This document shows, in pieces, positions 1 to 12,499 of a DNA stretch of 64,000 bases; positions within the stretch are counted from its first letter, which is position 1, and each line of letters opens with the position of its first letter. The notes under the pieces were generated by a model, which worked only from the letters and a program-made list of their open reading frames with translations, searched no databases and was not told the DNA's origin. The stretch lies in assembly GCF_964188315.1 (NCBI RefSeq), contig NC_135660.1, positions 28,892,001-28,956,000 on the forward strand. Direction: 5' to 3'. Origin of the DNA: Podarcis muralis (taxonomy: Eukaryota). A program made the position numbers and the translations under genes.

Positions 1-954
1 TATATCAGGATTACTACCATAGAAGTTTGAACATACAGAATCAATTATTAGCCTTTTAAGGCAGTAGGTTTAGGTTTGGTTCCTCCAACAGACTTCTGAT
101 CTCTAGTCTGATAAGACAGTTACACAAACAAGAGAGTGTCCAGACACAAGTAAGTTAAAAAAATGTAATTTATAAGAAAATAACACTTCTTTTGGTGTGA
201 AAAGGAAACAAAAAATGAATAAATACCTGGCTCATATGAAATGAGGTCTTACAACTTAAATTGTATAAAAATAATATTTGCACAGCCACCTCCAATTAAC
301 TGGTGGATTGACAACAAACAAAGACTCTGTATTTTTTTGAAAGAGTCTCTCTCCCATGCAGCAGATCTTAAGAAAAGATTTTTTTCCAGTTTCTGTCCAG
401 AGCTAGTATATGACTTGCCTTTCAATGTAGGTTTTTCTTATCACAATAATCTGAGCAATTGCAGATAGGACTCAGCTGAGATGAATGTCAATAAAAGAAG
501 CATTTTCATCTAGCTCCCCCTCAATATTAGTGGACCCTGAATTTTTAGTTTATTAAGGCCATTTTGGGATTTGTGTTTAAAACATTTCAAACTCTCAGTT
601 GCGTTCAAAAAGAACAAAAACTCTCCCACTGAAAGCAAGAGGATTTAAACAATCAACTTTGTCTAGAGTATGCAGCTATGTTTGTAGCACTGTTGCCCTT
701 CTGTTCTTGGATTTCCAATGAGAGTGAGACTGACATTTTAAGTCACTGTTCAGTTGTTTCACTCTTGACCAAAGAAATAAGACAACTAAGCTCCATGAAA
801 TGTGAAGTTTGGAAATGTCATTCGCAAATAGCAAAAGCAAAAAAAAAGAGTTAATTTTATTTCATGTAATTTAAGCAAACCAAAACCAATTAACTAGGAA
901 ATGAAAGGGAAGTGAAAAGCAGTAAACTGGGCAGAATCAGTGATGGCCAATCAC

Positions 955-1113
955 CTGCGATTTTCATCCAGCACATCCAAGACTTGCTGGTAAGCCCTAC
1001 GGGTAGAAGACTGGATAAGCGACAATATGCCCCGAGCAGAGTAAAGATTAGATCCATCTTCAGAGAACATTTGGGGTGGACAGACACGAACCTGTTGAGG
1101 TGATGGTGTCACA
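955..1113 (-). CDS. MFF: MFF coding exon (159 nt, phase 2-2; cassette exon in mammals)
   Basis: aaacag|T GTG ACA... VTPSPQQVRVCPPQMFSEDGSNLYSARGILSLIQSSTRRAYQQVLDVLDENR AG|gtgatt. Confidence 0.96.
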
Positions 1114-4100
1114 CTGTTTGTGCAAGTGTAGCAAATGAAGAGAGAAACACTAGTGTCAGGTTTTCAGACAGGAAAAAAAATCATCCATCAACCAACCCTT
1201 TTTGAAAAATTAAAAGCTGACCCCCATTTTTTCTTCTTCCTTCCCCATCAACAGATTAAAAACCACATCAAGGAAATGTTAGTGGGTATCTTGTGAACTG
1301 ACTCTTGGAACCCTTTATATGAGGCAAAATATCAAGGATAATGGCTTTGATTCATTGTGATCAAAGAATACTAAAAACCAGAGCCATGATAATAAGCAGG
1401 TCTGTATTAAAAACACAGGACACAACAGCACTCTTTAGCAGATAGTAAAGACAGATTTGGATTCACTGTATGCCAGAATCATACAATGCAGATCACAGCC
1501 TCAAATATATCCAAGTTACTCAGAGACTGGAGGAGAGTATGTTGAAAACGTTCTGAAAAACAGAAGCCTATATAAAACAAGAGTGACATAAACATAATAG
1601 TTTGATTGTTTTTTGCAAATACAGGGCTATGTGAAAAACATGCAAATATAGGACTACAAAAGAAACATGCAAGATAGCAAAAACACTGGTTAAGGCTTCT
1701 TATATCCCAAATATTCCGATAAGCAAAAATTTCTTTTAGCACTTATCATGAAAGCAAGAGGCTGAGGATTAACCAAAAAAAATTGCATCAAAAGCACTCA
1801 TTGTCTATAAGACAAATGAAAGTGCAATTCAGCACCATCTATATAAATGGGAATTTTGCAATTCACTTCAACAGGATATTGATTAAACTTTTATTTTTCA
1901 AAGGTCAATTCTCAGAGAGCTATTGATCCCAACAAGATTTCAGAAAACTACGCATATGAAGAGGCAAGAGAAGTACTAAGCAAAATCTTCAAAGCTTGTA
2001 GTATTGACCTTTTTTGTTTTTGTTTAAAAAGAAACATTTCTCCCTTTCCACATTAAGATTGTTCTTTAATTTTGAGGTTTAACTACATTAATCAAGATTT
2101 TACCGTTTAGTCTGAACTCTGCCTTACGAAGAGCAGGAAGAGAAGCATTAGGGGTATAGCATTTTAAGTCCTTCTGAATAATCAGTTAATGACACAATCT
2201 GGGTGCAAGCCAACAAGCACTTTTGTTTCAAGCAACATTTTAAATAATTATTTTGAAATGAACCTGATGAACTAAGAGGGTACTCTGTGGAATCCATCAA
2301 GGGATTGAAAGGCAGTCATGCCTATCCTCCGTTTAAGAACAAAACAATTATATATAAAATACAATTTTAAAAAATCCTTATTGAATGTTAGAAAGAGAAA
2401 AATACAGAGCTTGTGGAAAGAGAAAAGAAAAAGCAGTACTGATAACCTGGAAATAAAAACGTTTGGGCCTCAAAAAAAACCAACCATACACATGTAGTGT
2501 CCCCATATAATAGTCTGCCAAGCCTGCTGTACAGTACGTATATATTCTATAGAAATAGCTCTGATGAATACACTCAATGCACCTTTAAAAATGACTATAT
2601 ATAGGTTATATATTGTAATTATATCCTCACACACAACCCTATATTCTTGCAGGGAGGCTATGTCTGTTGTGCTTCAAATGGACAATAATTACTTATGTTT
2701 GCACAACCAACAAATAAGAAAAGCTATTCTCACAATCCTGAATGTATTTAAATAAAACGAAACCTCAAAGAGTTTTCAGTGGAACTTGCTTTCAAGGAAG
2801 TCTCATTAGAACTGCAAACCTCTTGTACCTTGTTACTTGGGCAACAGTAAAATGCAGATTTTTTGATATGAAGTTCTGCAAGTAAACCAAAAACAACTAT
2901 TCTAGCAAACACAAGGCTGCAAATTAATATTGTTCTATGATCCTAGTGTTTTACAAAAAAAATTTAAAAAAATGAGAGAACAGGTCCCTGTCTCAGCAAG
3001 CTTACTACTTAAAATGGAACATTGGGTTTCTTACTGTGAATAGGACCTCAGGTTGATAAGTGAGTCGGCCATGAAACGTGATTTGTCCAAAATACGGCCA
3101 TGTGACTAACTGATTTAACTGGCTTAGGCTTCTGAGAACCTAGACAGAACAGTAGACAAACAAAATATGACTAGGGAATCAGGATGCCATACTGAACCTG
3201 ACACAGAGAAAAGGGGGATTTGCTGTGATTAACCTGAGTGGCCTGGGATGCAGAGCGTTCTCATGACTGGCTCACTTATCCACTTGAGAGGAAATATACC
3301 TAACAATATATTTTTCAGCTAATATAAGCTGAAATTTATTTTATTCTTTGCTATCTTCACATACCAGAAAACCAACTATGGTGGTCAAGACCTGCTGCTG
3401 GGACTGATTCTATGACTGAAGAGGAAATCCTCTACACCAGAGCTTTTCAACCTTTCTGAGTTCACGGCTCCCTTAACCAACTACATTCTTTCTGTGGCAC
3501 CCCTGTGGGGCTCCGAAGCCCAGTTATGTGACCCCTTGCCTGCAGAACTGGCAGCCTCTCACCCTTTTTCGAACACCCTCCCCTGTGGAGTGTTCCCTCA
3601 ACCTCCTCTCCTTGGGAGTTCTCTGGACTGCTGCTGCTGTGGTCCCTGGTCTTTGACCTGCCCCACCCCAAAGAGAGGTGCCTCCCAGAGGCACCATTTG
3701 CCCGCAGAGCCTATAGCCAGGGCTGCTGCAATAAAACAGCTGTGCAAGCCTTTGGGAGGCAGAGACGTGAGAGGGCATCAGAGGAAGAAGGGAAAGAGAC
3801 AGAGGCCAGTGTTGCCCAAGGGCACCTCTGACCATCATTCAAGGCATCCCAGGGTGCCACGGCACTCTGGTTGAAAACCACTGCTCTAAACCTTACCAAG
3901 GTGGAGAGCCAATTGAATTCAATGGAACTTCTTCAGAATGTATAGGATTTGACTACAAATAGGTTCATTGAAAGAAAAAAACCTGACTGATTCATCCACC
4001 ATCTGCTCATGAACTACATTTACTGCTTTTATTGCCACAAAAACCGTCTTCAGGGACTCTGTGTAAGGCTGGTTGTGTATATAATGTCTGAGAAATGTGG

Positions 4101-7100
4101 TGCTAAAAACCCAAGTCAAAGCTAAGATACACTCAAAAAGCTATACAACAGACTTATATAATAATCAAACCATCACTTCATTCAGTTCAGTATTGTCTAC
4201 ACCTGGAAGCATCTGTCCAGGATTCGAGACTGGAATCTTTCCTAACACTACCTTGAGAGGATAGGAGCTGAAATGGGACCTTCTGCATGCAAAGAATGCA
4301 CTCTGGTGAGCTTTCCCCAGGTTGTGTGATAAAATGTATATTAGGGATCAAACTCTTATTTACAAATTTGGGGGTGAAACTATTTACAAAATGGCAAAGG
4401 GGAAATAACAGACAACATTCATAATGACATCGCAAGTAATATAAACCCATAAATAATTGTGGGAAATTCAGGAACATGTACAAAATCATATTCAGCTTAA
4501 AATCTGACAACAGTTTCTCATTAGCTATGATATGCAGTCACTTTCTCTAGCAAGTTGAAGCAAGAAGCTTCAAGACTAGCACAATAAAAGAAGGGTTTAT
4601 TAAAAATTCTATGTCTCTCCCCTTCCTTTATTCCCTGTATCAAGTTAGTGATCTAAGAAGCCTCAGCTTTTAAGTATCAATAGGGAGAGACAGAGGAACA
4701 ATAACTTAAAGAAGGCCAATTTCCCTACAGTATTTATAGAACTTATAATATTGCTTATACCAGTGCTTTTTTCTAAAAAAAATGTTTAAGGGTACTCTCA
4801 TTTTCCTATTCATACTGAAATACTGCCACTCAATGAGGCCAAACTTAGATTCACAAAATGTTTAGGGGTATGCATACCCCCAGAAAAAAACACACTGGCT
4901 AAGCCACTTATGTAGAAAGAATATATTTGCAAATAGAAGTTATGCATTGTCATATTTTTCCACCCTGATTATGGTACCTATCTGGCCTCTGGGCCCACCT
5001 GATATCCTTGCACTGGCCTAAAATTTGCATGCATAAAACCCAAAGTGCATAGGTCTGAACAGTGCAGTCAATCCACAAACCAACCACATGGTTCAGCTGA
5101 TATGTGTTGGATTTTGCACACACATATCTCTACTACGCTCATGTAGGATTAGTATGCCAGAAACATGCAACCTTGTCCTCTCCAGCAACCACTGTTTATC
5201 CCTAAAATTTGTTCTCAAATTTTATAGTTAAAAACTAAGCAAAAATATGCTTCCAAATTCATTACAAGAATGACAAATTTTCATATTCCGTTAATTTGTG
5301 TCTTAATTACAGGTGGAACCAAGCATACAGAATATTTTTAAAAAATCAAATCAGACAATATAGACAAGTCTCTTAGATGGCAATGCATTAAGTACACACT
5401 TGACATATTTAAAAGTGAATGGTTATAATTAGTGGTCAAGCTTACATTTCATCTTTAGCTGTGAAGGGTGACTGGTACCTTGGCATTTTAACTCTCAGGA
5501 CAGTTTCAAGATTGTGCTACCACTAATCACAGTTGTTAATATCTTAAAGAGGGAGCAACTTTCTAAATAATTGGAAGGTCATTAAGGCAATCATCATTAC
5601 TGGTTATCACTTCTTGTGCCTAGTTATTACTAGTCCTCAAAAGCATTTGAGAATCTGTGTATGCTCAAAAGGTTATCAGGAAAGCCACTACATACAGTTG
5701 TATGGCAAGTGCAGAAATGACAACATATATTGTTCCAAGAAGGCAGATGAGGAAAAGGAACCAAGCCAATTCCTCTTCTAGACATGGTAAGGTTTGGCAC
5801 AGAATTTTCTCATTGTTGCAACAAACATACTAGAATGCCATGTCACAGTTCCTATACTAGAATGTGGAAGCTACCCTGTGCAATTGCACTTGCCATGCAT
5901 GGCGCTCAGTGCCAACTACTAACATGCATATGCACCCTCCAAAAGAAAGAAAAACATGTGTTTGCCAAAATGCTGCACAACAGCACTTGAAAGGATAACT
6001 ATTTATACACTGTTAGCTTCTTTGGCAACAATTTCTTTTTTTGTGGAAAAACAGGAAACAAATTGAAAATGAAAACTGGAGGCAACAGCCTGGAAACTCA
6101 GAACTGAGAAGGCAATGCTATCAGTATACCACATCAAGCAACACCCTTAATTCAGTCCATGTAAAACTCACCACTGCAGCACTAGAATATCATCCTACCC
6201 TTTTCAAATGCAAGTGGGATTGGCAAAAGTACTGCGATGGCTGCAGATAGATTCAGGAAAGGTCATATACCTTAGCTTGACACTTGGAGGACATAGTTTA
6301 TATCCAACGACCACTTACCCTTTGAATGAGTCATCACAGCACCAACCTCACAAAAAGGCCTCACAACACCAGCTCCAACAGTGACCTACAGATAGCTAGA
6401 AACCCTTCTGTGAGACCTTGAACTCCCAGTCACCCTTGTGATAGCATATAACTTCAACTACAGAGGAGACAAGGAGTTGTTGTTCTAGCTGTTTCCATCT
6501 CCCCACTTTCCTCTCCTGCCAACAGGGGACAAGCAGGAAAACAGTAGTGGAAAGTGATTTCTTTCTTCAGGCTCATAGCTGGAAGCAAAATGAAGTGTTT
6601 ACCTCACTACAAGAATCTTAATTAAAAGATACTGATCACCCCATAGTCTTAATGAATCAGCATTTATAAGTTTGTAATAAAGACCCACTCTGTCCTTTGC
6701 ATGGCATAAACAAAGACGATGTAATTAATTCTAAGCATGCAGGCAGCAGAAGATTCAAGTAGATCCAATAACAATATGAAATACTTCCCTTCACACAAAT
6801 CCACTACAAATGTATTTTAGAAACAAACTTTCTTTATCCTATAAAGAGAGTTCTGGATCCAGACTAGGTTAGTGACACTTTAAAAGTAAAGGTAAAGGGA
6901 CCCCTGACCATTAGGTCCAGTCGTGACCGACTCTGGGGTTGCGGCGCTCATCTTGCTCTATAGGCCGAGGGAGCTGGCGTACAGCTTCCGGGTCATGTGG
7001 CCAGCATGACTAAGCCGCTTCTGGTGAACCAGAGCAGCGCACAGAAGCACCATTTACCTTCCTGCTGGAGCGGTACCTATTTAACTACTTGCACTTTGAC

Positions 7101-10100
7101 GTGCTTTCGAACTGCTAGGTGGGCAGGAGCTGGGACCAAACAACAGGAGCTCATGCCGTCACGGGAATTCGAACCATCGACCTTCTGATCGGCAAGTCCT
7201 AGGCTCTGTGGTTTAACCCACAGCGCCACCCACGTCCCTATATACATATATACTGGGGGGGGGGGATACCAAATGCTGCTATATGAAGACATTTAGCAAA
7301 TGCTGTTTTATGCAGCTGAAAAAATGTTTTGAGAACAATCACACAAAATTTACTTCATTAATAGTTAGTTATTATTCCAACAAAAAGAACAAAAAATATT
7401 TGGAAAGTCAGTTGTAGCTGTGTAAGATTAAGTAACTTCTCTTTATAAAGAAGATAATCAGTTGAAAGGCATATCCTAAGCATGAACTGGTACGGAACAC
7501 ATGAAGAAGCTTTTTCTACAAATGTTGCATGCGCCAATAACCCCTCTACTCACATTGACTCATTTCTCATCAATTGACCATTTTGACGATTTGCGTTTTC
7601 ACTCATGGAGCGTTCTCTTTTCAGTCTCCCAACTGAGCGAACCTGTAAAACAAAGCGGGGGGGAGGGATACGTCTTTCACCACTGCTATGGCATCAGTAT
7701 CCAGCTTTACCTAATATCAACAACTGAACCATTTTCATTTTTAGTAAAGCAGAAAATGAATAAAAACAGTATTCCTGGATGGTGACATTTTTCCTGATAT
7801 TTTGGAAAGTAAGGAGAACAAAGACTCCCCTCTCTTGCATGTCCCCCATTTTTAAAATGAGAAAAATTTGTCAAAAATAATTTAAGTTTACCAACAGCTT
7901 TTGAAATTAAGTTTGGTTTAAGACAGAAATAGAGAACCATTGGGTCTCTAGACATTGTAGGACTCCCAGCTCTCATCAGCCCCAGCAAGCACAGAACATC
8001 AGGAAAGATGGGAACTGTAGTCCAAGAACATATACAGCCCTTCCACTAAAATTCTTATGCCAGTTTACACAATAATAAAATACAAATGATTAAAATGCAA
8101 ATCCAAATTATCATAAAAACCTGAAGACCAAAAGGCATTAAGTCTTATAAGTTAGATAAAAACAATCAAGATAGCCCAAATTATGTCTAAGCAGCCTGGT
8201 ACCAAAAATACAACCAAGTAAACACCACATAAAAAAGTGCTCTGGGGGTATCTTTGCTTTCAACAGGGAGTATTAAAATAATATACTGTGTTCTACAAAG
8301 CAGTAACCTATTTTATAGTACTGATCTGAAATGGAGTATAAAGCAATAAATATTTGACTTCTCTTTTGACTTATTAAATATAATATTGAAACAAAACATG
8401 ATGAAATGAAAGGCATAAAGAATACTAGCCTCTTCATTTTGAGGAGTCTGAGTAGGGGCTCGCTCTAAGTCCAGGAAATCTAGTGGTCGTTCACTGAGTG
8501 AAATAACACGGGGAGGTGTTTTCAGTGACAGAGACTTGAATGGAGTTGACTGGAGAAGATCTAGATCTGGCGGCCTGGAGAGTGGAATGTCTTCACTATT
8601 ACCTGTAAGTTAATATTAAGATCAAGAACATTTTACTAACCAATTATTCAAAATGGCTCAATGGGTAGACTGCTGGAGCTGGGTAAAATCAAGCTCAAAT
8701 CCCATATGAAGTATGAATTCACTAGGTGGTCTTAAGCAAATCACACTCAAGTTCATATGTAAAAATAAATTGAATGGGTGTGAAGTCTGACAGCATGCTG
8801 CTTTATCACTTCTGTCCACCTGAAGGCAAACGTACCTGCCACTACAATCCGCTCTGGAACCTGCATTGTTACACTGGCATTTGGAATCCCCCCTTCATGA
8901 GCACTGTGTTCAAGGTCAGCATTTGGTGGAGCAACCTTGAGCTTTTCCGGAACTCTCATTCTCTGATTGATCCCTTCAGTATACTCCATTTCATATTGAA
9001 TTCGATTCATTTCTGCCATTTCGGCAGCCGGAGATGGGAAAGCTGTCGTGCTCATCCTAATATGAGATAAAACAACCTGAATTACCCCTCAGTAGTAAAA
9101 AGAAACACAACATGGGTTTTGATCCACAGTAAATTGAAGTCTTCCACTGTTGGTAGAGAATGTGTTTTAAGTCTATGTAACAGTGGATGTGCAGCACAGC
9201 CATTGTGTATAAGATGCCCCCTATGATTTAACATTGGAATTAAAATTTGCATACACCTGCTTTACTGCTTGCTCCATGTGAGTAGAGAAACAAGCCACAT
9301 AGCCAGTTATCCACAGCTTCTGGTTTTGATGCAATGCTAATAAACATAATTAATTAATGGCTTTCAAACAAACCATAATATAAACCAAGGTTTAAAGTTG
9401 GCTTCCGTATCTTGGCTTGTTTGGAAGCCATTAACCATAGTTCCCAGTTCAGATGCAAAAGGAAGCTAGAGTTAACCATAGCTTCGTGTGTGAAGGGCAA
9501 AGCAAAGTGAGAGCACAGGAGCTGCATGTGGGTGCATGAAACTTTTACATATCTTTGCACCAAGATATCAAAGCCTTATTAAACAGAAATTTGTTTGTGC
9601 AAATGTGGCCAATTTATGCCAACCCAGGGTAACCATATTGGAGGCAGAAGGTAAAGAGACCAATTTCACAAATATTAAGCATACAGGGTGCAAAGAGAGC
9701 CTGCAAGTGAGCAAGTCTCACATTCTGACCTACATTTCAAAAAATGAGGGTTCTGTATCTCTCTTCCCCCAACTTCACCCCACACCTTAGATTCTTGCTT
9801 CAAGATTCATGAAGCATCTACAACCATCTAAATTAAATAGTACTAATTATTCCAAATGAGTGCCTAGCTCTGGGCAATTTATTTTAAAGACATCTCTTTC
9901 TAACAGGCAAGAACAGGGGTGATTAACCTCTCCTCCTTAACTGCTATGCACATACAAGTAAAGGAGAAGGGGCTATGTGCCTGACTGCCTGTGTCCTTTG
10001 CTGTGTGGGAGAACAGTGTGCAGGAGACTGTGGAATGGCCACACTCTTTTGGCCATACCCAACTTTAGAATGTGGCTCCCAGAAGGGCAGCCAAGGGTGA

Positions 10101-10739
10101 AAGTGGCCCTTGGGCCAAAAAAGCTTAGCCACCACTGGCCAAGAACAAAGCATACTTTTGAAGATCCCAGTGTTCTGATGGAAGACAACGCAGGCCGTAT
10201 CAGCATTCTCCATTCTCAAATAATGAGACTTCCCCAAAGCCATTCAAACAAAATTAACAGTTCCAACCTGTATGCATTTTAAATTCACCAATATAGATTC
10301 ATATTAAGGATTCCTTAACATTTAAGGCAGAGACAGCCAACACAGAGCCCTCCAGGTGTTGTGGGACTCCAACTTCCAGACCATTGCCCATGTTGGCTGA
10401 GGCCAATGAGATGCAGCCCCACAAAACACCAAAATTCCACTTGTCTGCTTGCAAGTATAGGCTCTAACTACCAAATGTTTACCTATGCTGCAAACTGAAG
10501 AATACATTTCTATTGTTTCTTTCACTATCCAAATTTCTGTGAAAAGGAGGCAAGGCCCTATCTTTCCCTCAAGTAAGGGAACACATTAGGCTAGATAACA
10601 GTTTTTTAAATATTGCAATCAACAGAGATAAAAATACCTACAAGAGTCAATCTTCTATCTGCTTCTACAAGCACAAGTTCAACTCTACAGCTTTCACTAA
10701 CCTTCCTACAGGAATGTCACTGCTTGATCGCTTGCTCAT
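955..10739 (-). CDS. MFF: Mitochondrial fission factor, multi-exon CDS, 3'-partial: join(10739-10702, 9056-8836, 8602-8430, 7642-7554, 1113-955); continues beyond the left edge
   Basis: Spliced translation MSKRSSSDIPVGRMSTTAFPSPAAEMAEMNRIQYEMEYTEGINQRMRVPEKLKVAPP...LKRERSMSENANRQNGQLMRNESIVTPSPQQVRVCPP...RRAYQQVLDVLDENRR is collinear with human MFF as recalled. Position downstream of COL4A3 matches known synteny. Confidence 0.97.
3438..3883. mobile_element. hAT-type MITE
   Basis: TIRs CAGAGCTTTTCAACC / GGTTGAAAACCACTG; 8-bp TSD CTCTACAC / CTCTAAAC (7/8 match). Confidence 0.8.
4761..4897. mobile_element. Short MITE remnant, probably hAT
   Basis: Imperfect TIRs CAGTGCTTTTTTCT / AGAAAAAAACACACTG; internal palindrome GGGGTATGCATACCCC at 4865-4880; TSD poorly conserved. 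Confidence 0.55.
5446..5520 (-). pseudogene. MFF: Degenerate homolog of the 75-nt MFF cassette exon (pseudo-exon or poison exon)
   Basis: G TAG CAC AAT CTT GAA ACT GTC CTG AGA GTT AAA ATG CCA AGG TAC CAG TCA CCC TTC ACA GCT AAA GAT GAA AT|gtaagc, i.e. *HNLETVLRVKMPRYQSPFTAKDE versus recalled human WHRSDSAPRNKISRFQAPISAPEY. Donor is intact, there is no AG at the homologous acceptor, and W is replaced by a stop. Confidence 0.75.
6883..7238 (-). mobile_element. Sauria SINE, full length
   Basis: tRNA-like head GGGACGTGGGTGGCGCTGTGGGTTAAACC...GGTTCGAATTCC; Bov-B-related 3' end ...GGGGTCCCTTTACCTTTAC; homologous to four other copies in the window. Confidence 0.92.
7554..7642 (-). CDS. MFF: MFF coding exon (89 nt) carrying the RERSMS motif
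   Basis: ttacag|VRSVGRLKRERSMSENANRQNGQLMRNES AT|gtgagt. Confidence 0.96.
8430..8602 (-). CDS. MFF: MFF coding exon (173 nt) ending in a GC donor
   Basis: ttacag|GT NSEDIPLSRPPDLDLLQSTPFKSLSLKTPPRVISLSERPLDFLDLERAPTQTPQNEE|gctagt. Confidence 0.93.
8836..9056 (-). CDS. MFF: MFF coding exon (221 nt) with N-terminal Drp1-recruiting repeats
   Basis: attag|G MSTTAFPSPAAEMAEMNRIQYEMEYTEGINQRMRVPEKLKVAPPNADLEHSAHEGGIPNASVTMQVPERIVVA G|gtacgt. Confidence 0.97.
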
Positions 10740-10808
10740 TTTGTTGTTTGCTTGCAACGTTTTAATATCACTACACTGCAGCACTGTTCACTTTACGTAA
10801 CAGTATCC
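10702..10808 (-). CDS. MFF: MFF exon 2 (5'UTR 10808-10740; CDS from ATG 10739)
   Basis: tttag|GGATACTG...ATG AGC AAG CGA TCA AGC AGT GAC ATT CCT GTA GGA AG|gttagt = MSKRSSSDIPVGR versus recalled human MSKGTSSDTSLGR. Confidence 0.9.
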
Positions 10809-11789
10809 CTAAACAGTGGAACTTTTGTACATAAGACAGCATGACAACTGCTTTCAAGCTGTAATGGGGGGGGGAGGGGAAAAAAGAACAGAAAACAGCA
10901 TTAGGCATATTACATAATTAAATATTTATTACCTATGACATATCTAATCTGTACCCATCTATTCCGTAATGTGAGCTCAGTAAGTAAATGTCAGATATAC
11001 TTAAACTTGTGAGGCTTCGTAAATGCCAAATTTTTAAGTCCCCAGTTCTGATTTTTACAAGAATGGAACTATAATTCAACAGATGTACTCTTGAAGGAGC
11101 AAAATATGCAATCAGATGGCAGTTGCTAAATTTACAAAATAATTAAACCATCCTAAAGAAAAATAGATTGTGTTTGTGCCTATCTAAATATAACTACAAC
11201 AAAGCAGAGACTACTTGGTTTCTAACACTTGCTTTTATCCTAGGCTACATGGCAGGCAGATCCAAAAACAAGACAGGGAATCTGCCTACTTAAGCATATG
11301 GTTTATTACAAATCTCACAAGGGTGAATAAGTATATGTGGTGGGAGTTTAGAAATCAGAATACAACTAACCACGCTGCATATGTTGCAGTGTAGCAAGAG
11401 ATATTATTTTGCTGCCATACAGAAAAGTGGGAACAATTGTGACATGAACGTCAGCATGTTCACACTTCTGTAAAAAAGCTCAACCCCTACTGAGAATCTT
11501 AAGATGTAGAATAAAATGTGAACAAAGGACAGCATAGATGAGGTACCTGTGGTCCGACTTTGATAGCAAAGGCCAAGAATCCAGGGCCATTCCCTTCAAC
11601 CACTGAAGAAAGCCCAAAGAACCAACATTAATCCCTGTAAGCCTTGTGCACCTGTGGATGAGTGTGTCAGGTTGAAGCACTCTACATCGGCAGCATCTGG
11701 AGGACACCGGTTTGGGGAAAAGCCAGTGGAACTGCTGGCACATGCAGAAATCAGCTTTCGGCATAAAAGCACTGCCAGAAGTTGTTACC

Positions 11790-11975
11790 CAAATCTTCAG
11801 GCAACAGAGGAGTGTCTGACCCTCGGCTCGCAATACCAGTTGCTGGGATTCCGCAAATGGGGAAAGTGCTGCGGTGCACCGATCCCGCTTACGGGCTTCC
11901 CATGATGACTCCTTTGAGAAGAAGAAGCTGGATGAGATGGGCCTTTGGCCTGATCCTGCAGGGCCCTTCTTAAGG
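11790..11975 (+). mobile_element. CR1-type 3' end/3'UTR fragment in MFF intron 1
   Basis: AATACCAGTTGCTGG...CGGGCTTCCC...GCTGGATGAGATGGGCCTTTGGCCTGATCCTGCAGGGCCCTTCTTA resembles the squamate CR1 terminus. Confidence 0.65.
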
Positions 11976-12240
11976 CGCACCAAAGACATGGTTTGCAATG
12001 TTTAACGGCCTGAGGGCAAGGAGTGTAACAGGTTCATAAGGCAAACTCTGTGGTAACAGTTAAGGAGAGCCCAGGGCAGGATCGGAGCAGAGGTCTACCC
12101 AATTCAGCACCCATTCCCTCAGCGTGGCAAGCTGGGTGCTTTGACAAGAACCTTCAGCACAAAGCACGTAATATATAGCATGTAAAGGTCCCTTGAGAAT
12201 AGAAATTACAGCCATAACTGAACCGAGAGGTGGGGAAAGG

Positions 12241-12396
12241 CATAGTTGTCAACCTTCCCTTTTTTTGCAGGAAATTCCCTTATTCCAGCGCCTTTCCCCC
12301 GCTGCTATCCCGGATTGTTAGATATCCCGTAGACTGTCCCCGGGACAGGTGAGGCTGCTGATCCCTTATTTTCAAATCTGAAAGTTGACAGCTATG
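12241..12396. mobile_element. hAT-type MITE at the edge of the MFF CpG island
   Basis: TIRs CATAGTTGTCAAC / GTTGACAGCTATG; 8-bp TSD GGGAAAGG / GGGGAAGG. Confidence 0.75.
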
Positions 12397-12499
12397 GGGG
12401 AAGGGTGGTCGTGGGGGGGGGGGGGAGAGACTCTGGTCAAAAACCGAGAAAAGCGCAGTAAGCCAATGGGATTAATGGTTATTTTGGGGGGGGAGGGGG

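Noticed and set aside
1-954. Remaining MFF 3' exons (coiled coil and transmembrane tail), TM4SF20 or COL4A4
   Set aside because: No matching coding sequence was found; these are expected outside the window.
8753-8835. ORF-track extension TFAFRWTEVIK... as MFF coding sequence
   Set aside because: Read-through past the G|gtacgt donor into the intron.
11480-11998. 172-aa minus-strand ORF and overlapping + strand ORFs in MFF intron 1 as a nested gene
   Set aside because: No recognisable protein features, and the 11790-11975 part is explained by a CR1 3'UTR-type repeat. About 11520-11790 remains unassigned but has stops in the most plausible frames.
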